NCBI RefSeq assembly: GCF_009914755.1
Contig: NC_060930.1
DNA: 64,000 nt
From: the human T2T-CHM13v2.0 reference genome, Homo sapiens
Strand: one strand, 5' to 3'
Both the position numbers and the translations under genes were made by a program. The notes beneath the pieces were generated by a model, which was not told the origin of the DNA, did no database searches, and worked only from the letters and a program-made list of their open reading frames with translations. Below, piece after piece: positions 28,083 to 43,465 of this stretch (the first letter of the stretch is position 1; every line of letters begins with the position of its first letter).

Positions 28083-30369
28083 GATATTGCCAATATCACT
28101 GGGGCCCTGAGTGAATATACTCAAGAAATGTTGGGATGTAGTGTTTGAAGGAAAGATGAGATAAAAGGAGATTTAGGCAGGACAGCGTCAGATAAGTCCA
28201 AATGTGGGTGTGGTTAATGGAAAAAGGCCCTTTAATGAAGATTATCCAACTCAAGAACATGAAAATAGATAAGATTTAGGTTTAACAAAGAATACTCTTG
28301 GCAGACTCAGAATTCCTTGATTTCACATCTCTCATTGAGGGAGTCCACATAATGAAGAATATGGAAGGCAATATTAGAAAAACAAATGTCTGGGAGCACT
28401 TGAAGAAAATGACTAAAATGCTGAAGCTACAACTCAGCTGAGCCTTCCTCTCTCACAACAGAAAAAGTTGTGGCAGAAGAAAATATTTTTGTTGCCTTGA
28501 GTCAGACAAGTTACTCAAGGATTGAAAGTTCAAACATGAGGGGAGGCTAAGTTCTGAGGAAGAGTAAGGTCTGATCCCTTCTGGGTCTCAAATTACACAG
28601 GCTTCAGAAGGGTGACCCTCTAAAGCGATGGGCTTCCTAGGCCTGGGAACAGGGCCTGAAAAAAGAAAAAGATCAAAGAGGTCTTAAATACTCAGGTGGG
28701 AAAAATTGAGTACCTAAAATGAGACCTAGGCACTGAGGAGGTCACCACTGCAAATCCCTAGACTTTACGAAAAGACAGGAATGTTTTGAACGCCACTCAC
28801 TGAGGGCAAAGACAATACCTGCAGACAGGCTCCACCTAACCTCGAGCTTGCCATTTCCCATAATTATTAAGCTGCTGATGACAACAGGCTCTGGTAAGAG
28901 CAGACTTACCAGAACCCTGCTATGGCTGAAGATTTTCTCTATCTACCTTCCTTCCCTCAGACATGCCCAAAATCTCTGCTTCAGTATCTGGTAGGAGTAA
29001 CATGGACCTTCTTTATACTGAGTCCTAAGGTCAAGGAATATAATTTTGCTTGAGAAAAATGTATCTTAGTGCTAGAGACTCTCTTGTATTTTTTAAATTT
29101 ATGAGTGTGAGGTTGTACTCTGATAATTGCATGTGTCCTAATAATTCTTTAGATTCTTCAGAAAAAAGTAGACTCTAGGGACTTCCGGATATATTAATAC
29201 AACTTTGAAAATGCCAGTGAGTCCAGGTTTTTTTTACTAAAGGAGAAAACAAAAACAAACTCTACCCAATCAATTGAGATCCCACTGGCTTAGGCTAAGC
29301 AGAATACAAAATTAGGAAGGAAAGAAATGAAAGCCTTCAATGTTTTTGGAATTTTACTTAAGAATTATGAACTTTGATATTCCAGACTTTAATTTACGAA
29401 GAAGGGCAGAGAGATTTAATATTTGCTGTTTAATTCTTCCCCAGATATTTGGCAAGGGAAATAGGTCCACTGTACTGGGTTCATTGCTTAACCGCTGGTG
29501 AGTTCTATTGGATACCCTCGCTGGGCCTAATATGGTATGGAAATAAGAATGATCAGTGATTTTTGGCTTAAGGTATAACATTGCTTCTAGGAAACAAGAG
29601 CTAGACTACCTGCTCGTGATCCCAGGAGGCTAATGGAACAGTGATGTATCGCGGTTCCTGCCTCGTGAATTTGGAAGCAGGATTCTGCTCCTAGGTAACA
29701 AGAACTTGACTGTTAATTTAAAAGGTTAACAGACCCAAAATGTGTAAGTGGTGGAAGGCAATCTTTTCTCCTTCTATCATTCTATTTCTCTCACAAAATG
29801 GACTTCATTTTGGCAGTATCAGGAAAAGTATTTTCTGCCCTCTCTCTCTGCCTTCTCACTCACTTCTCCCCAAAGGGGAAATGACTCTTCAGATTGTTAA
29901 GAGGAGAAAGGAACCATGAAATATGCCCAGCTTAGCCAGTTCCAGAAGGACAACTCACAGGATGAGTGTTTTCTGTTCTGATCCTCTGTCCCTGAGTTAG
30001 GAATATTTAGGTCAGGCCTACTTTCTAAAGGTAGGTCAGAAACTCCCCTCTCTGTGTTCAGCCCATAGAACCCAGTGGATTGGAGGCAGTAATCCTGGGT
30101 AAGCGTGTATGCTCTGCAGACGCACCTCTCCCTTGGTGGTGAGGGTGGGGAGTGTCATCCCAAGCTCTAGCCTTGGAAGAAAATAATTCAGAAGCCCAAA
30201 TGAGACCATTTATCCAAGCTGAGTTCTCTAATCCAAGTTATTATTATTATCATATTAAACAAATACATGTTTTTGACCTCTGTGTCTTTTACTCCTCAAA
30301 TCTCCCCAAGTTTCAAACCAATTAAGGGTATGAGCAGTTATCATTTTTGAATCCCAGCAAATTCTAATA

Positions 30370-30600
30370 ACTAATACTTGCTGAGTACTTAGAATATGCC
30401 AGAAACTATGTTAAGAGTTTTATAGGCACTGCTTTATTAAACCCTCACAGCAGTTCTATGAGGTGGACACTGTGGTTCCTCACACCCCACAGATGAGGAA
30501 ACTGAGGCTTAAAGAGCTTACATAATCTGCCTATAGCCATACACAGCTAGCAGTGGTAAGTCTCAGAAGTGAAAGTAGATCCAGCCTGTTGACTGCATCC
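30370..30600 (-). mobile_element. MIR
   Basis: tgagtacttag...cctcacagcagttctatgagg...acagatgaggaaactgaggctt. Confidence 0.75.
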
Positions 30601-31521
30601 TATCTTATAATCATCTCTTAACTCTTTAGGAAAAGATGAGAATAGAGCTCCAGTCTATTCTTGCTGCAGTAATTTGAAAATTATGGGACCATCAATCTGT
30701 TGTGAATGCTGTCTACAGCAGATCTTATCTCTCAGAATTATCAAACTGAGCTGATCCAAAGGCTTGACATAAATTACATGTTAAACGTATAGTAAGTTGT
30801 TTCAGACTTTTAATTTCTGTTCTCTTTTTTCATTCATGACACTAATTTCACAACTGTAAATTTTTTAATATAAAGTCTGAAGGGTCAATGTGAAAAACTG
30901 GTATCGCAATCTGGCTCAAACTTCTGCTACAATGTGAGAGTATTTTTAAAATGTGGTATTATGAGTAATCGATAATAATAGTCATAGCCCTAGTAGAATT
31001 CATTTCATCTCAAAGAATTGCCCTAAGCATTTCATTAGAATTTTGCCTCTATCACTGTATTTTAGCCACTCACATTAGATCATTTTCATTATGAAAGAGT
31101 TTATAAAATTCAAAAAAGTGTCTTTATAACCATATCAGATAAGATCAATTTAATTTTAGGTTACCAATTTTGTAAGAATCCTGACAGCTCAATGTTAAAA
31201 CTGGCAAGTACTTCAAATTTTTACACATATCATTTCTTAGAGAAGTAAAAGAATAATATACTGCAAGAGCATGTAACTATCAGAACCACATGGAAAAATA
31301 TATTTCAGGCTTTGGTATGTTTAAAGAGAAGCTTCTACAATTCTTAACATTGAAGCTTATCCACTATAACCCTTGACTTATTTAATTACACTTTAATTGT
31401 ATATTAGTGTATCATCAAAATTTTGCCTTTGAAAGAAAATGTTAAAGCATGTAAATGGAAGAATGTGAAGATATCTCCCTGAGGTTCCCATCCAGGGGAC
31501 TTGTTGGTGTCATATTTTTAC

Positions 31522-31695
31522 CTCTGAAATCGGTTTCTCATAGACATCTTCTCCTATGGATTTCTCCTGGGCAAGAATGGCATCTCGGTGCAGGACCCGC
31601 AGCACTTTCTCTGGCTCCGCAGACCCGTAATGAGCCTCCAGAACCTCAGGCTTGGTTTTCTCTGTCTTCAGCATGTGGATCACATCTTCTCTGGC
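31522..31695 (-). CDS. FILIP1: FILIP1 internal coding exon (probable exon 3), 174 nt, phase 0/0
   Basis: Translates to AREDVIHMLKTEKTKPEVLEAHYGSAEPEKVLRVLHRDAILAQEKSIGEDVYEKPISE, matching the FILIP1 N-terminal CortBP2-like region as I recall it. Acceptor ...ttctattacag|GCC and donor GAG|gtaaaa on the minus strand. Splices in frame to the exon at 22495. Confidence 0.97.
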
Positions 31696-33369
31696 CTGTA
31701 ATAGAAAGTGCAGCAAGATCAGACGACTGACAATGTAAATCGCATACTGGGCTCAAAAAATCAACAGAGAGCTTATTGAATACATCCCCATCTTGTCAGG
31801 GCTATTGGCAAATTCACTGGGTATTCTGCTCTAATTTTTTTTTTTAACCAAAAGCAGATTGGCAAGCAGATACTCTGCTTCAGGTTGCTAGGAAGCAGGC
31901 AAGCAGAAAAAAGGATTTGTGCTAATATTAACTACATAAAAATTGCTTTATCTAAGTAGCAATAATTTGGGATGGGGTGGGGGAGGGAGGCAAGCAGGGC
32001 TGGTCCTGGCATACTTAACCTGTTCCAGTGCACATGAGGTCAATGACAGTCTAAAATCTTCTAGTTTTCTATTGATGTTCTCAATGTAGTATTCAAATCT
32101 GGTTTAAAATAAAACCCTGCTGCCTCCATTCTAGTTATAACTTCATGTGTAATTAACAAACAGCCTTTATTGGTTATTTCCTGTTTCTCATTAGGTGATT
32201 CATTTTGCACAGAAACACATGGTTGAGAACTCACATAATGCTTGGCTGTCCTTTTCAAATCTAATGTATCTAATGTATTCACAAAAAAGGTGAAATTTCA
32301 CCCCTTTAACATCAGACTGTCAGTTAGATGAGTCAGCTTGGTAGGTCAGAGTTTTGTTTGTTTGTTTCTTAGCACAACGTATTGCTGAAGCTTTCAAGAA
32401 AACCACGATTGTAGGCTTTATATCATACTGTCTGTGGTTCCCATCACATAATGCAAATACACCTGTTTATGTTTTGCACTCGTTAGTAGGGTTGATCTTT
32501 CTAGTTATGATGGAGCTGACATTTGCTGAATGTATTTCCATATGGGGACACACTTGGAGCTATTTTTCCAGTAATGGTGATGGGTAAGAAGTGCCCTGAC
32601 TTCATTCCAACTTATACTAAAGAAAAAGCTGGTTGGGAACAAAGTTTCAGCCTATGACAATGGAATAGAATTTTCTCCTATATTGATGCTAACTGTGGGA
32701 CTGAAATTATAAACCTGGTTCATTATTATGATATTCTAAAGAAGAGAGCTAAGTAGTCAACTATGAGTATTCATGATACGACCATTATAAAGTTTGTCTT
32801 TCTTGAGGTTTCTCACTTTTGTTGCTTTTTTGGTCTCCAAATTAATCTAATTCCATATGGCTACAGAATAATTCATTACTGAGATGTCAGTGAACTGGAA
32901 TTTGCAGATTTGAAATGTCTCTGCCACATATACGTATGCTCACTTCAAGACAAAAATGGAAAATATGAATTTTGAAGAACCCAGTGGTTTAGAATGTTGG
33001 TGAGAATGTTGAAGTCAGGAAGTAGTTTAATGGAAAGGCAATGTGTCTCCATGCAGGTTGAAAGAAGATAAGCACAGATGCAGGGTCAAGTTAGCCTGTA
33101 CACTGTGCTCATCAGAAAAACGTGCCCACTTTATTCAGGAGACACAGCCCTGAGTCAGAGCACAGCTTACGTAGTGAGTGAAGAGCAGGCTGTATTTTAG
33201 CCCCATTCATCCTCTCTGCCAGGCACCATTGTACAAGGCATAACTCCCAATCTGTACTGAAGGAGTCTCAAGTTATGTAGACTGCTATTGGTCTTCAGGC
33301 AGAAAGTGCTCCTATGTTCATCTGACATAGGTGAATATATAAAGCATATTCTAAAATAATGATTCACAA

Positions 33370-33520
33370 TGCTGACTGTGCTGAAGTCATTTGAGGAACT
33401 CTAAAAAATCCCAAGGCCCAGGCCACTCCTGACCAATTACATTCTAATCTTTTGGAGAAGGACCTACACATCAACACTTTTTAAGGCTCCCAGGTGATTC
33501 CAAAGTTGAGAGTACTGTGC
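33370..33520. mobile_element. MER5A-like hAT element
   Basis: cccaggcc...gaccaatt...ttttaaggctcccaggtgattcca...gttgagagtactg. Confidence 0.65.
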
Positions 33521-34044
33521 CACACTAATAGATTATGAGACATAGCAACTAAATTGAATACAAATCCTTGGCATCATCCAAAGTAAACTTTCTTACTTTG
33601 GTGCAAGTGCATTTCCTTTTTCCGATCTTAAAAAGGTGTCATCACCTTTCTCCTTTAAGTCATCCTCACACCCGAGGTCAGTTTTTTGCTTAGACCAAAT
33701 CTGAAAGAGACAAACTCGTCTTTAAAGAAGAAACACCATACTGTGAATTTAGTGACTTATGTAATGACAGGAAAGGAAAATTTAGAATCACATTTAAAGT
33801 GAAAAAATGGCGATGATAGAAGGTTGGCAAGCTGGAAGTTCTTGATAACAAACTACTGTCTCTTTCTCATCTTTAAATCAGATGAAGTAAAGGCCATTTT
33901 CTAAGGTTCATTTTTCTAACATGTGAAATGTGAAGTCTTATAGAGCAGACATAGAATGTACTGTCCTTTGAAAAAATAAATAAATAAATAATTTTAATAT
34001 AAAAAAATTAAAAAGAATGTACTGTTGTTTGTACCATAAATTGA

Positions 34045-34495
<451 letters not shown>

Positions 34496-36131
34496 TTATA
34501 CAGGTATGTATTTTCTAAATTTTCTACAGTAAATATGTAACTAGTTTTACAAAGAGAAACAAAGTAGTACCTTCATAAAGAAAAAAGAAATACTTCATCA
34601 TTCCTTATTCCCCAGAAATAAAACAAAGGCAAATAATTTCATAGAAAGTTCTGTCTTTTTTATGTTCCCAATGCTGAGAAAGCCACTTTCATTCTGACTA
34701 TAGACAGTCCTATGCACAGTATCTGTAAGATTTAACACAAAGAAGGGTATAAAACAAAAATTGCTCAAGGATTATTCTATGACCTCTTTTTGGCATTGTC
34801 CTGATTTCTTTCAGAATTATTTCAAACACACCAGTAAAGCCAGAGGTAAAACAGCCACTGAGCTGGGTAAGTGTACTGAAAACAGGGTAGTATAAGGATT
34901 ATAGGTTTTCCCACCTAATATTTATTATGATTTAGTCACATTCTAACTAGACACCTGAAGGAATCACAGCAGAACTATTTCCATATGGTCTTTCCACAAA
35001 TGACGTTCTGAAAAAGTGTTTGTCCTTAGTTATGGATAAAGGTAATCAGAAATTGGCTCTCAAATGTAAACTGTATCAAGTAATCTTGACAGCATCAGTT
35101 GTACTGCTGGTTTGCACAAGTTTACATGGCTTGAGCATAAAAAATTAAATAAATCTTAAAGCTATCAAGCAAATATGAATTTTAATTAAAATATAGGAAT
35201 AAAATTTTTATCATGATATAGTAGAATGTGTCCAGCTTTGAAGAGACTCAGAAATAGTTTCCAATCTCAGCTAAGTTGTTTGATTTGTGCAAGCTGCTAA
35301 CCTTGCTTTGACCTAATTTATCATTTATGAAGTTGGATCATAATAACTTTCTTATATACTTGCTGTTAGTTTAAAATCAGATGTAAATATATAAGACGCC
35401 TAACATAAAACTTGGCATTAAAGTAGGTGCTGAGACAATAGCAATGATTTACTATGGTTTCTGTTAGGTCTCCATGATTAAATAACTTTTTGCTGCAGGG
35501 GTAGAAAAGGAATTTTATAAGATATATTTTTCCCTAACCAAATATAACGTGTAAAACTGATATTGTTAAAACTGTCTGGATATTTCACAATCTACTTTTA
35601 GGAATATTTTTTTCAAAAAGGAATTTCAAAATCAGAGCAGTCTCTCCAAAAGTTATTTAATCTCCCTGACTGTTTCCTTGTCTGTAAAGTGGGGACACAA
35701 CCCCTATACATTATAGGGACTGTGTTAGGCTCTAAACAAGATAATGCAAATAAAGTACTTTTAAAACTGTAAGCAGGTATCTATTTCAGTTTAATCATTT
35801 AAGCTATTCAGTTTAAAAATACGCAAATATTATTGGTATTGATCATCTTGACCCCAAACTTCCTAATTCTCTTAGAAGACAGCTTCTTGTGTTCCAACTG
35901 ATACCAAACACCTATTCCTTTCCTCCCCCGAAATACACTTTTGCTTGAACTGTATTAATTGTGATATGCTACATATACTAAATATTTCATCTTAGTTTAA
36001 TTATCCTAGATACTAATTACTGAAGAAAAAGAGGCTATGGTGATATAATACATTGTATTTATTTACAACCACACTATTCACTATAAACTTACTAAAGGCT
36101 CTTTAATTGTATAGTAATAATCATGGAAAGA

Positions 36132-36427
36132 GGCTGGGTGTGGTAGCTCACACCTGTAATCCCAGCACTTTGGGAGGCCGAGGCAGGTGGATCACCTTAA
36201 GTCAGGAGTTCAAGACCAGCCTGGCCAACATAGTGAAACCCTATGTCTACCAAAAATACAAAAATTAGCCAGGCGTTGTGGCGTGCGCCTGTAGTCCCAG
36301 CTACTTGGGAGGCTGAGGCAAGAGAATCTCTTGAACCCAGGAGGCGGAGGTCACAATGAGTCACAGTGAGCCGAGATTGCGCAACTGCACTCCAGCCTCG
36401 GCGACAGAGGGAGACTCTGTCTCAAAA
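36132..36427 (+). mobile_element. Alu (AluSx-like) with a 10-bp internal duplication
   Basis: Full dimer; tcacaatgag tcacagtgag at 36351-36370. Confidence 0.94.
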
Positions 36428-38034
36428 GAATAATAGAGATAATAATAAAATAGTCAATCAATAATATTGTGGTATCTAATCAATATATTAATGAAGACGA
36501 CTATGTGATCACAGATCTATTTTACTATTTCAAACAAATGATTCAATATATGTTACAAAAAGATCCTATATTTTGGGGATAAAACAACTTTACATCTCCA
36601 TTTTTGAGAAACTTGCTAATTTTTCTATAAAAGAATAAAGTTCAAAATGTAAGAAAACTTCTGTTCTTGAGCATTAATATTTTCACATAGAAATTTATCC
36701 AAAATAAGTTGTTAAGATCCTAGGATGTGGGGAAGCTGCAAAATAGACCACTATATTTAAATACATATAAAATGACCCAGAGAAGAATGCTTTGAAGACG
36801 ACTCTATGTTCAACTTATTTACTCCTGATGATAGAGAACAAATATGAGATTACAGCAGAGAAACAGACACAGCTGTCACACCATTCTCTTCCATCAGACA
36901 TAGTTCTTTGTGCCAGTGGAGGTGTAGGGAGGCCAAGAACAAGGATGTTCCATAAATACCCACAACTGAAACTGCACCAGGTGGAACAAGGGGTTTCTCA
37001 GCTGGCTGGATAAGAAGCTGATTCAAAACATGTGGGGGCAGCAAAGAGCTGCTCTGTGAGGCCTAGGGCCCACAGGTGAGTGTGCGATTCATCGTATAAA
37101 GTCAATGGAGTGAGTCTGTGCTTTGCTGGGAAAGCAGGAGTCATAGGTTCAAAAGAGGGCCGAATCCAATCACTCCTTCAATAAATATTTGCACACATTT
37201 ACTTTGTGCAATGCATTGTATTCAGTATTGGAGAAATAACTGCATCCTCGGGAATTCAAGTCTGGAGAGATATAAACAAACAATTGAGAGGTGTTTACAA
37301 TATGACATAGTAAGCCTTAGGTGGAGGAAATACTTGGGGCTAAGGACGTCACCTAGAAGAACGCTTAACTTGAATCTGAGCTAACAGAAGAGGCTTCCTG
37401 GATTAAGGACCTGAATTCTCATAATGAATACTTGAGCCACAGAAAGAAGAGGTAAGGTGAGAGTACTCTAGGCCCAGGCAAGACTATACAAAGGCCAAAC
37501 AGATTTAAATGCATGGGATGGTGCAATATGAGACTGGAGTAATAAACTCATGAAAAGCTTTGTAAGCCATGCAATGAGTTTGGATTTTGTCACAGAAAAG
37601 CAAGAGACTTTGGAGTTTTTGAGCAGCAGGACAGCGATGGTCAGATTTGCGTGCTGGAAACATCATTCATCTGCTGTGTTAAAGGCACAGAAAGTCTAAG
37701 TTAGCCAGTCTGTTGGGGCAGGCCAGGAACTGTGTTTTGAAATATTTCTGTAGGTGATTCCAAAGCACAGCTGCACTTGGAAATCACTGCTCTAGGACAG
37801 ATGACAAATTCAGCATCAAAAATACTTAAAACTCTAGCTGTGTTAGCTCAAGGTTCTTGGCAGGGTTGTCTGATTCCCAGGGACTTTGTTGCCTCAGAGG
37901 TTTTTTACTATTCTCCCTGTATTATTAGTCCCTGACCTTTCTGCACCAAAGAATCATGGTCATTTCCAGCCAGCAGCCTAAATGAGGAGGATCCCTGAAG
38001 ACTGCTGGAAGTGTTTGCCAGTTCCGGGCAAATG

Positions 38035-38146
38035 AGGGTGACCAAATGTCCCAGATTGTGTGAGACTAAGGGAAGCTGAGTCCTGTGAATCTGGACTTTT
38101 GCAAACCAGGACAGTCCCAGGCAAACCAGGACAAGTTGGTCACCCT
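38035..38146. mobile_element. Small hAT-type MITE (MER96-like)
   Basis: Terminal inverted repeats agggtgaccaa ... ttggtcaccct; internal gtccc/ggac motifs. Confidence 0.7.
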
Positions 38147-39231
38147 ATGACAAACACCGGTCAGAAAGAGACTGGATATTCCATAATATTCCTGTGTCTA
38201 GCAAGGCAGCCATAAATGGGCTTATTATGCTCAGGAACTGAATTTCATTGATCATGTTTCCACAACTTAGCTTTTTTTAAAGGTACAACGCCATTACTAA
38301 TTATTATGTCTGACGACAATTTAACTGTATTTTAAACTTGTGTGGCTTTTCTATCTTTGAAAGAAAAAAAAACATAATGAGTAGGAAAGAATACTTAGTT
38401 CTTATGCTCCTATGACAGAGCTTCTTCCACACTTCTAAAACGGGGATGGAATGCCCACGAGCCTTGGAGCTTGGAGATAAACATGGTGCATCTTCTTTTA
38501 GCACTAAGATTACTGAAAGACTTGGGGTAGATGATAAGTAGTTTAAAACTCAGAATATTCATACAATTTTAATATTCACCTGAGTGTTCAGAACAAAACA
38601 AAAGATATAAAATAGCATTTGCTTCAGCCAGGCAGCTTGGGACAGACTCTTAGACGATGTAACCATGACCCCAGCACGATGATCCACTCACTTGGCTGAG
38701 AGGAAGCATAGCCAGTGGGAAGTTTTAGAAGCCTGCCCTTACCTAATGACACCACACACTTTAAAGAAGGCATTCCTGCCAAAAGCTGTTGACTTTAAAT
38801 GATAGATCCATTTTGAGGAAAGGACAAATCCATTTCTATGCTTATGGAAGAATGACACAGTTCCCAAGCACTATCGCTTCTTTGTATTATTTAACTTCTT
38901 AAATATGACCCCATTGCTGCAGTGAGTCAAGGAGCCCTAGAAAAGACAGTCCTGGAAAATCAGTAACATGCCCATTCTGTGATTGCTTTCCCATTCTGCT
39001 TTCCCACTCAACCATTCTGTATCTACTTACATATGGTAATTTATTAATTTACTTGTCTATTTCCTTCTGAGGCTGTGAGCTGCTGTGAGGACTGTGACTG
39101 CCTTGGGAGACTGTGTCTATAGCGCCTAAAAGAGTGCCTGCTGCATGGTAGGCACTCTGTAAATATTTGCTGAAATAAATAAAAGTAAAATTAAGTGATG
39201 TGAAAGTCAGAGAGGCATAAACTGGCACTGA

Positions 39232-39699
<468 letters not shown>

Positions 39700-40770
39700 T
39701 GAATAAGGAAAAATAGTACATTCCACCAGAATGTTGCAACAGGAAATGGACTATCTTTAAATCTCATACAAATTGAATTATACTATTTACCTGAGTTGGA
39801 TAAATACTAATATTATAAACAGATTGAAAGAAAAAAAGCTATGTAATGTATAATGTTATTAGCTGTTACTATAGAAATTAAACCCATTTTTTCCACTGAA
39901 TTTTAGAAATCAAAGTTAACAAGATTCATAATACAACTATGTACAAGAAGAACATTCAGACATAGTTAGGTTACAGGGCCACTGGGGCTAAAAATGTGAC
40001 TTTTTCTCTCTTTGGAGAAATTATTCTCCACAACTATATGGTCAATAGTAGCCTAAAAGCCTATATAGAGCTTGTTCATAAAAGAGTAGCACTTCAGACT
40101 GAATATCCACCAAAAGAAATCTGTTACTAAAATATCAGAAACAGACGCAATTTCTTATGTTAAAACTTGCTTTGCCACCACCATGATAGCTTGAGTTTTA
40201 AAATGTAAAATCCTCAAAATCCCAATTATGACTTTGCAGAAATAGAAAAAAATCCATAAATTCATATGGAATCTCAAGGGACCATGAATAGCTGAAATAA
40301 TCTTGAAAAATAACAAAGTTGGAGGTCTCACATTTCCTGATTTCAAAACTTACTACAAACTTACACTAATCAAAATAGTGTGGTACTGTCATAAAGACAG
40401 ACATACGATCAATGGAATGGAATAGAGAGCCCACAAATAAATTTTTGCATATATAGACAAATGATTTTCTACAAGAGTGCAAGATCTCTCAGTGGGGAAA
40501 GGAGAGTCTTTTCAACAAATGTTGGGAAAACAGGGTGTCCACATGCAGAAGAATTAAGTTGGAACTTTTCCTTGCAGCATATACAAAAAGTAACTCAAAA
40601 TTAATAAAAATGTAAGAGCTAAAACTATAAAACTCTTAGAAATAGCACAGGAGAAAAGTTCCATGATATTGGATATAGCACTTATTTCTTGGATATGATA
40701 CCAAAGCACAGGCAACAAAAGAAAAACATATAAATTGGACTATGTTCAATTTAAAAACTTCCTTGCATCA

Positions 40771-41180
<410 letters not shown>

Positions 41181-41377
41181 CTAGAATATTGAAGAACTCT
41201 TATGGCAAAAAAGAAAAAAAAATTTAATGGGCAAAGGACTCAAATAGACATTTCTTCAAAGAAGATATACAAGTGGCCAAAAAGCACATGAAAAGATACT
41301 CAATATCACAAGTCATTAGGGAAACACAAATCAAAACTACAATGAGATACTACTTTACACCCAACAGGATGGCTATC

Positions 41378-41400
41378 AAGAAAAGAAAGAAAGAAAGAAA

Positions 41401-41472
<72 letters not shown>

Positions 41473-41514
41473 GAAAGAAAGAGAAAGAAAGAAAGAAAGG
41501 AAAGAAAGAGAAAG

Positions 41515-41581
<67 letters not shown>

Positions 41582-41603
41582 AGGAAAGAAAGAAAGAAAA
41601 GAG
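41378..41603 (+). repeat. (GAAA)n compound polypurine microsatellite, about 225 bp
   Basis: Purine-only tract read directly. Confidence 0.97.
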
Positions 41604-42246
41604 TTGGTGAGGGTACAGAAAAATTGAAACCCTGGTGCACTAGTGGTAGAAAAGTAAAATGGTGCAGCTACTATGGAAAATAGTATGTCAGTTCCTCAAA
41701 AATTAAAAGTAGATTACCATATGATCCCAAAAGAATCAAAAGCAGAGATTCAAACAATATTTGAACACTCATGTTCATAGTAATATTATTCACAATAGTC
41801 AAAAATAAGAAGAATCCAAGTATCCATTGACTGATAAATGGACAAACTAAATATGGTACATACATACAATGGAATATTATTCAGCCTTAAAAAGGAAGGA
41901 AATTTTGACATGTACCATAAGATTGGTGAATCTTGAAGATGTTATACTAAGTATAACAAGTCAGTTACAAAAGGACAAATGCTGTATGATTCCACTACAG
42001 GTACTTAGAGTACTCAAATCATAGAGACAGAAAGTGGAACACTGGGTGGTTGCCAGGGCAGAGAGCAAGGGGAAAAGGGATGCTATTTTTTAATTAGTAG
42101 TTTCTAGTTTAGAAGATGAAAATAATTCTGGAGATGGATGGTGGTGATAATTGCACAACAAGGTGAATATACTTAATGCCACTGAACTGTACACTTAAAG
42201 ATGGTTAAAATGGTCAATTTTATATTACATATATTTTACCACAATC

Positions 42247-42390
42247 TTATTTTTATTTATTTATTTATTTTTTAGAGATGGAGCCTTGCCATGTTGTCTA
42301 GCCTGGTCTTGAGCTCCTGGCCTCATGCAATCCTCCCATTTCAGCCTCCCAAAGTGCTAGGGTTACAGGCGTGAGCCACCACGCCTGGCC
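42247..42390 (-). mobile_element. Alu left monomer (FLAM-like) inserted at the L1 3' end
   Basis: (TTTA)n tail plus monomer; TSD similar to acaat. Confidence 0.8.
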
Positions 42391-42487
42391 AACAATTTAA
42401 AAAAATTTAAGTATACATTCACCTGCCTAAAAAAATCAACTAAGAAAAGAAAATTAAAATCTTCCCCAATTTTCTATCTAGAGATTA

Positions 42488-42817
<330 letters not shown>

Positions 42818-43147
42818 TTATAAAAGTGTAGTCATATTTTCCTGTGATTAGTCATCTGAATGTCACTGTCATCCACGGATTTGAATGCATTTTTATTACG
42901 TGGTTTTCTTCTTTTTTCTATTTTACACACATTAGGATATTAATAGTGTGTCAGCTGCAGTGTCCTGGATTAAAAATTAGATAAGGTCACAGGTTCCCCC
43001 ATGCAGTGCTATCATCCTACAGTGTATAATTTCTTAAATTCTAAAAGACTGCAAGCTCTCAGTTCTATGCTGATAAAGACCTTAGGCAGAGCCCTTAAAC
43101 TGCCCACCTGTACGCATAATCAGCAGATAGGGTCCAGCTTTCTGTGA

Positions 43148-43465
<318 letters not shown>

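Noticed and set aside
41273-41683. 136-aa K/E/R-rich ORF and its F/L/S-rich antisense partner
   Set aside because: Translation of the (GAAA)n microsatellite within a dead L1.
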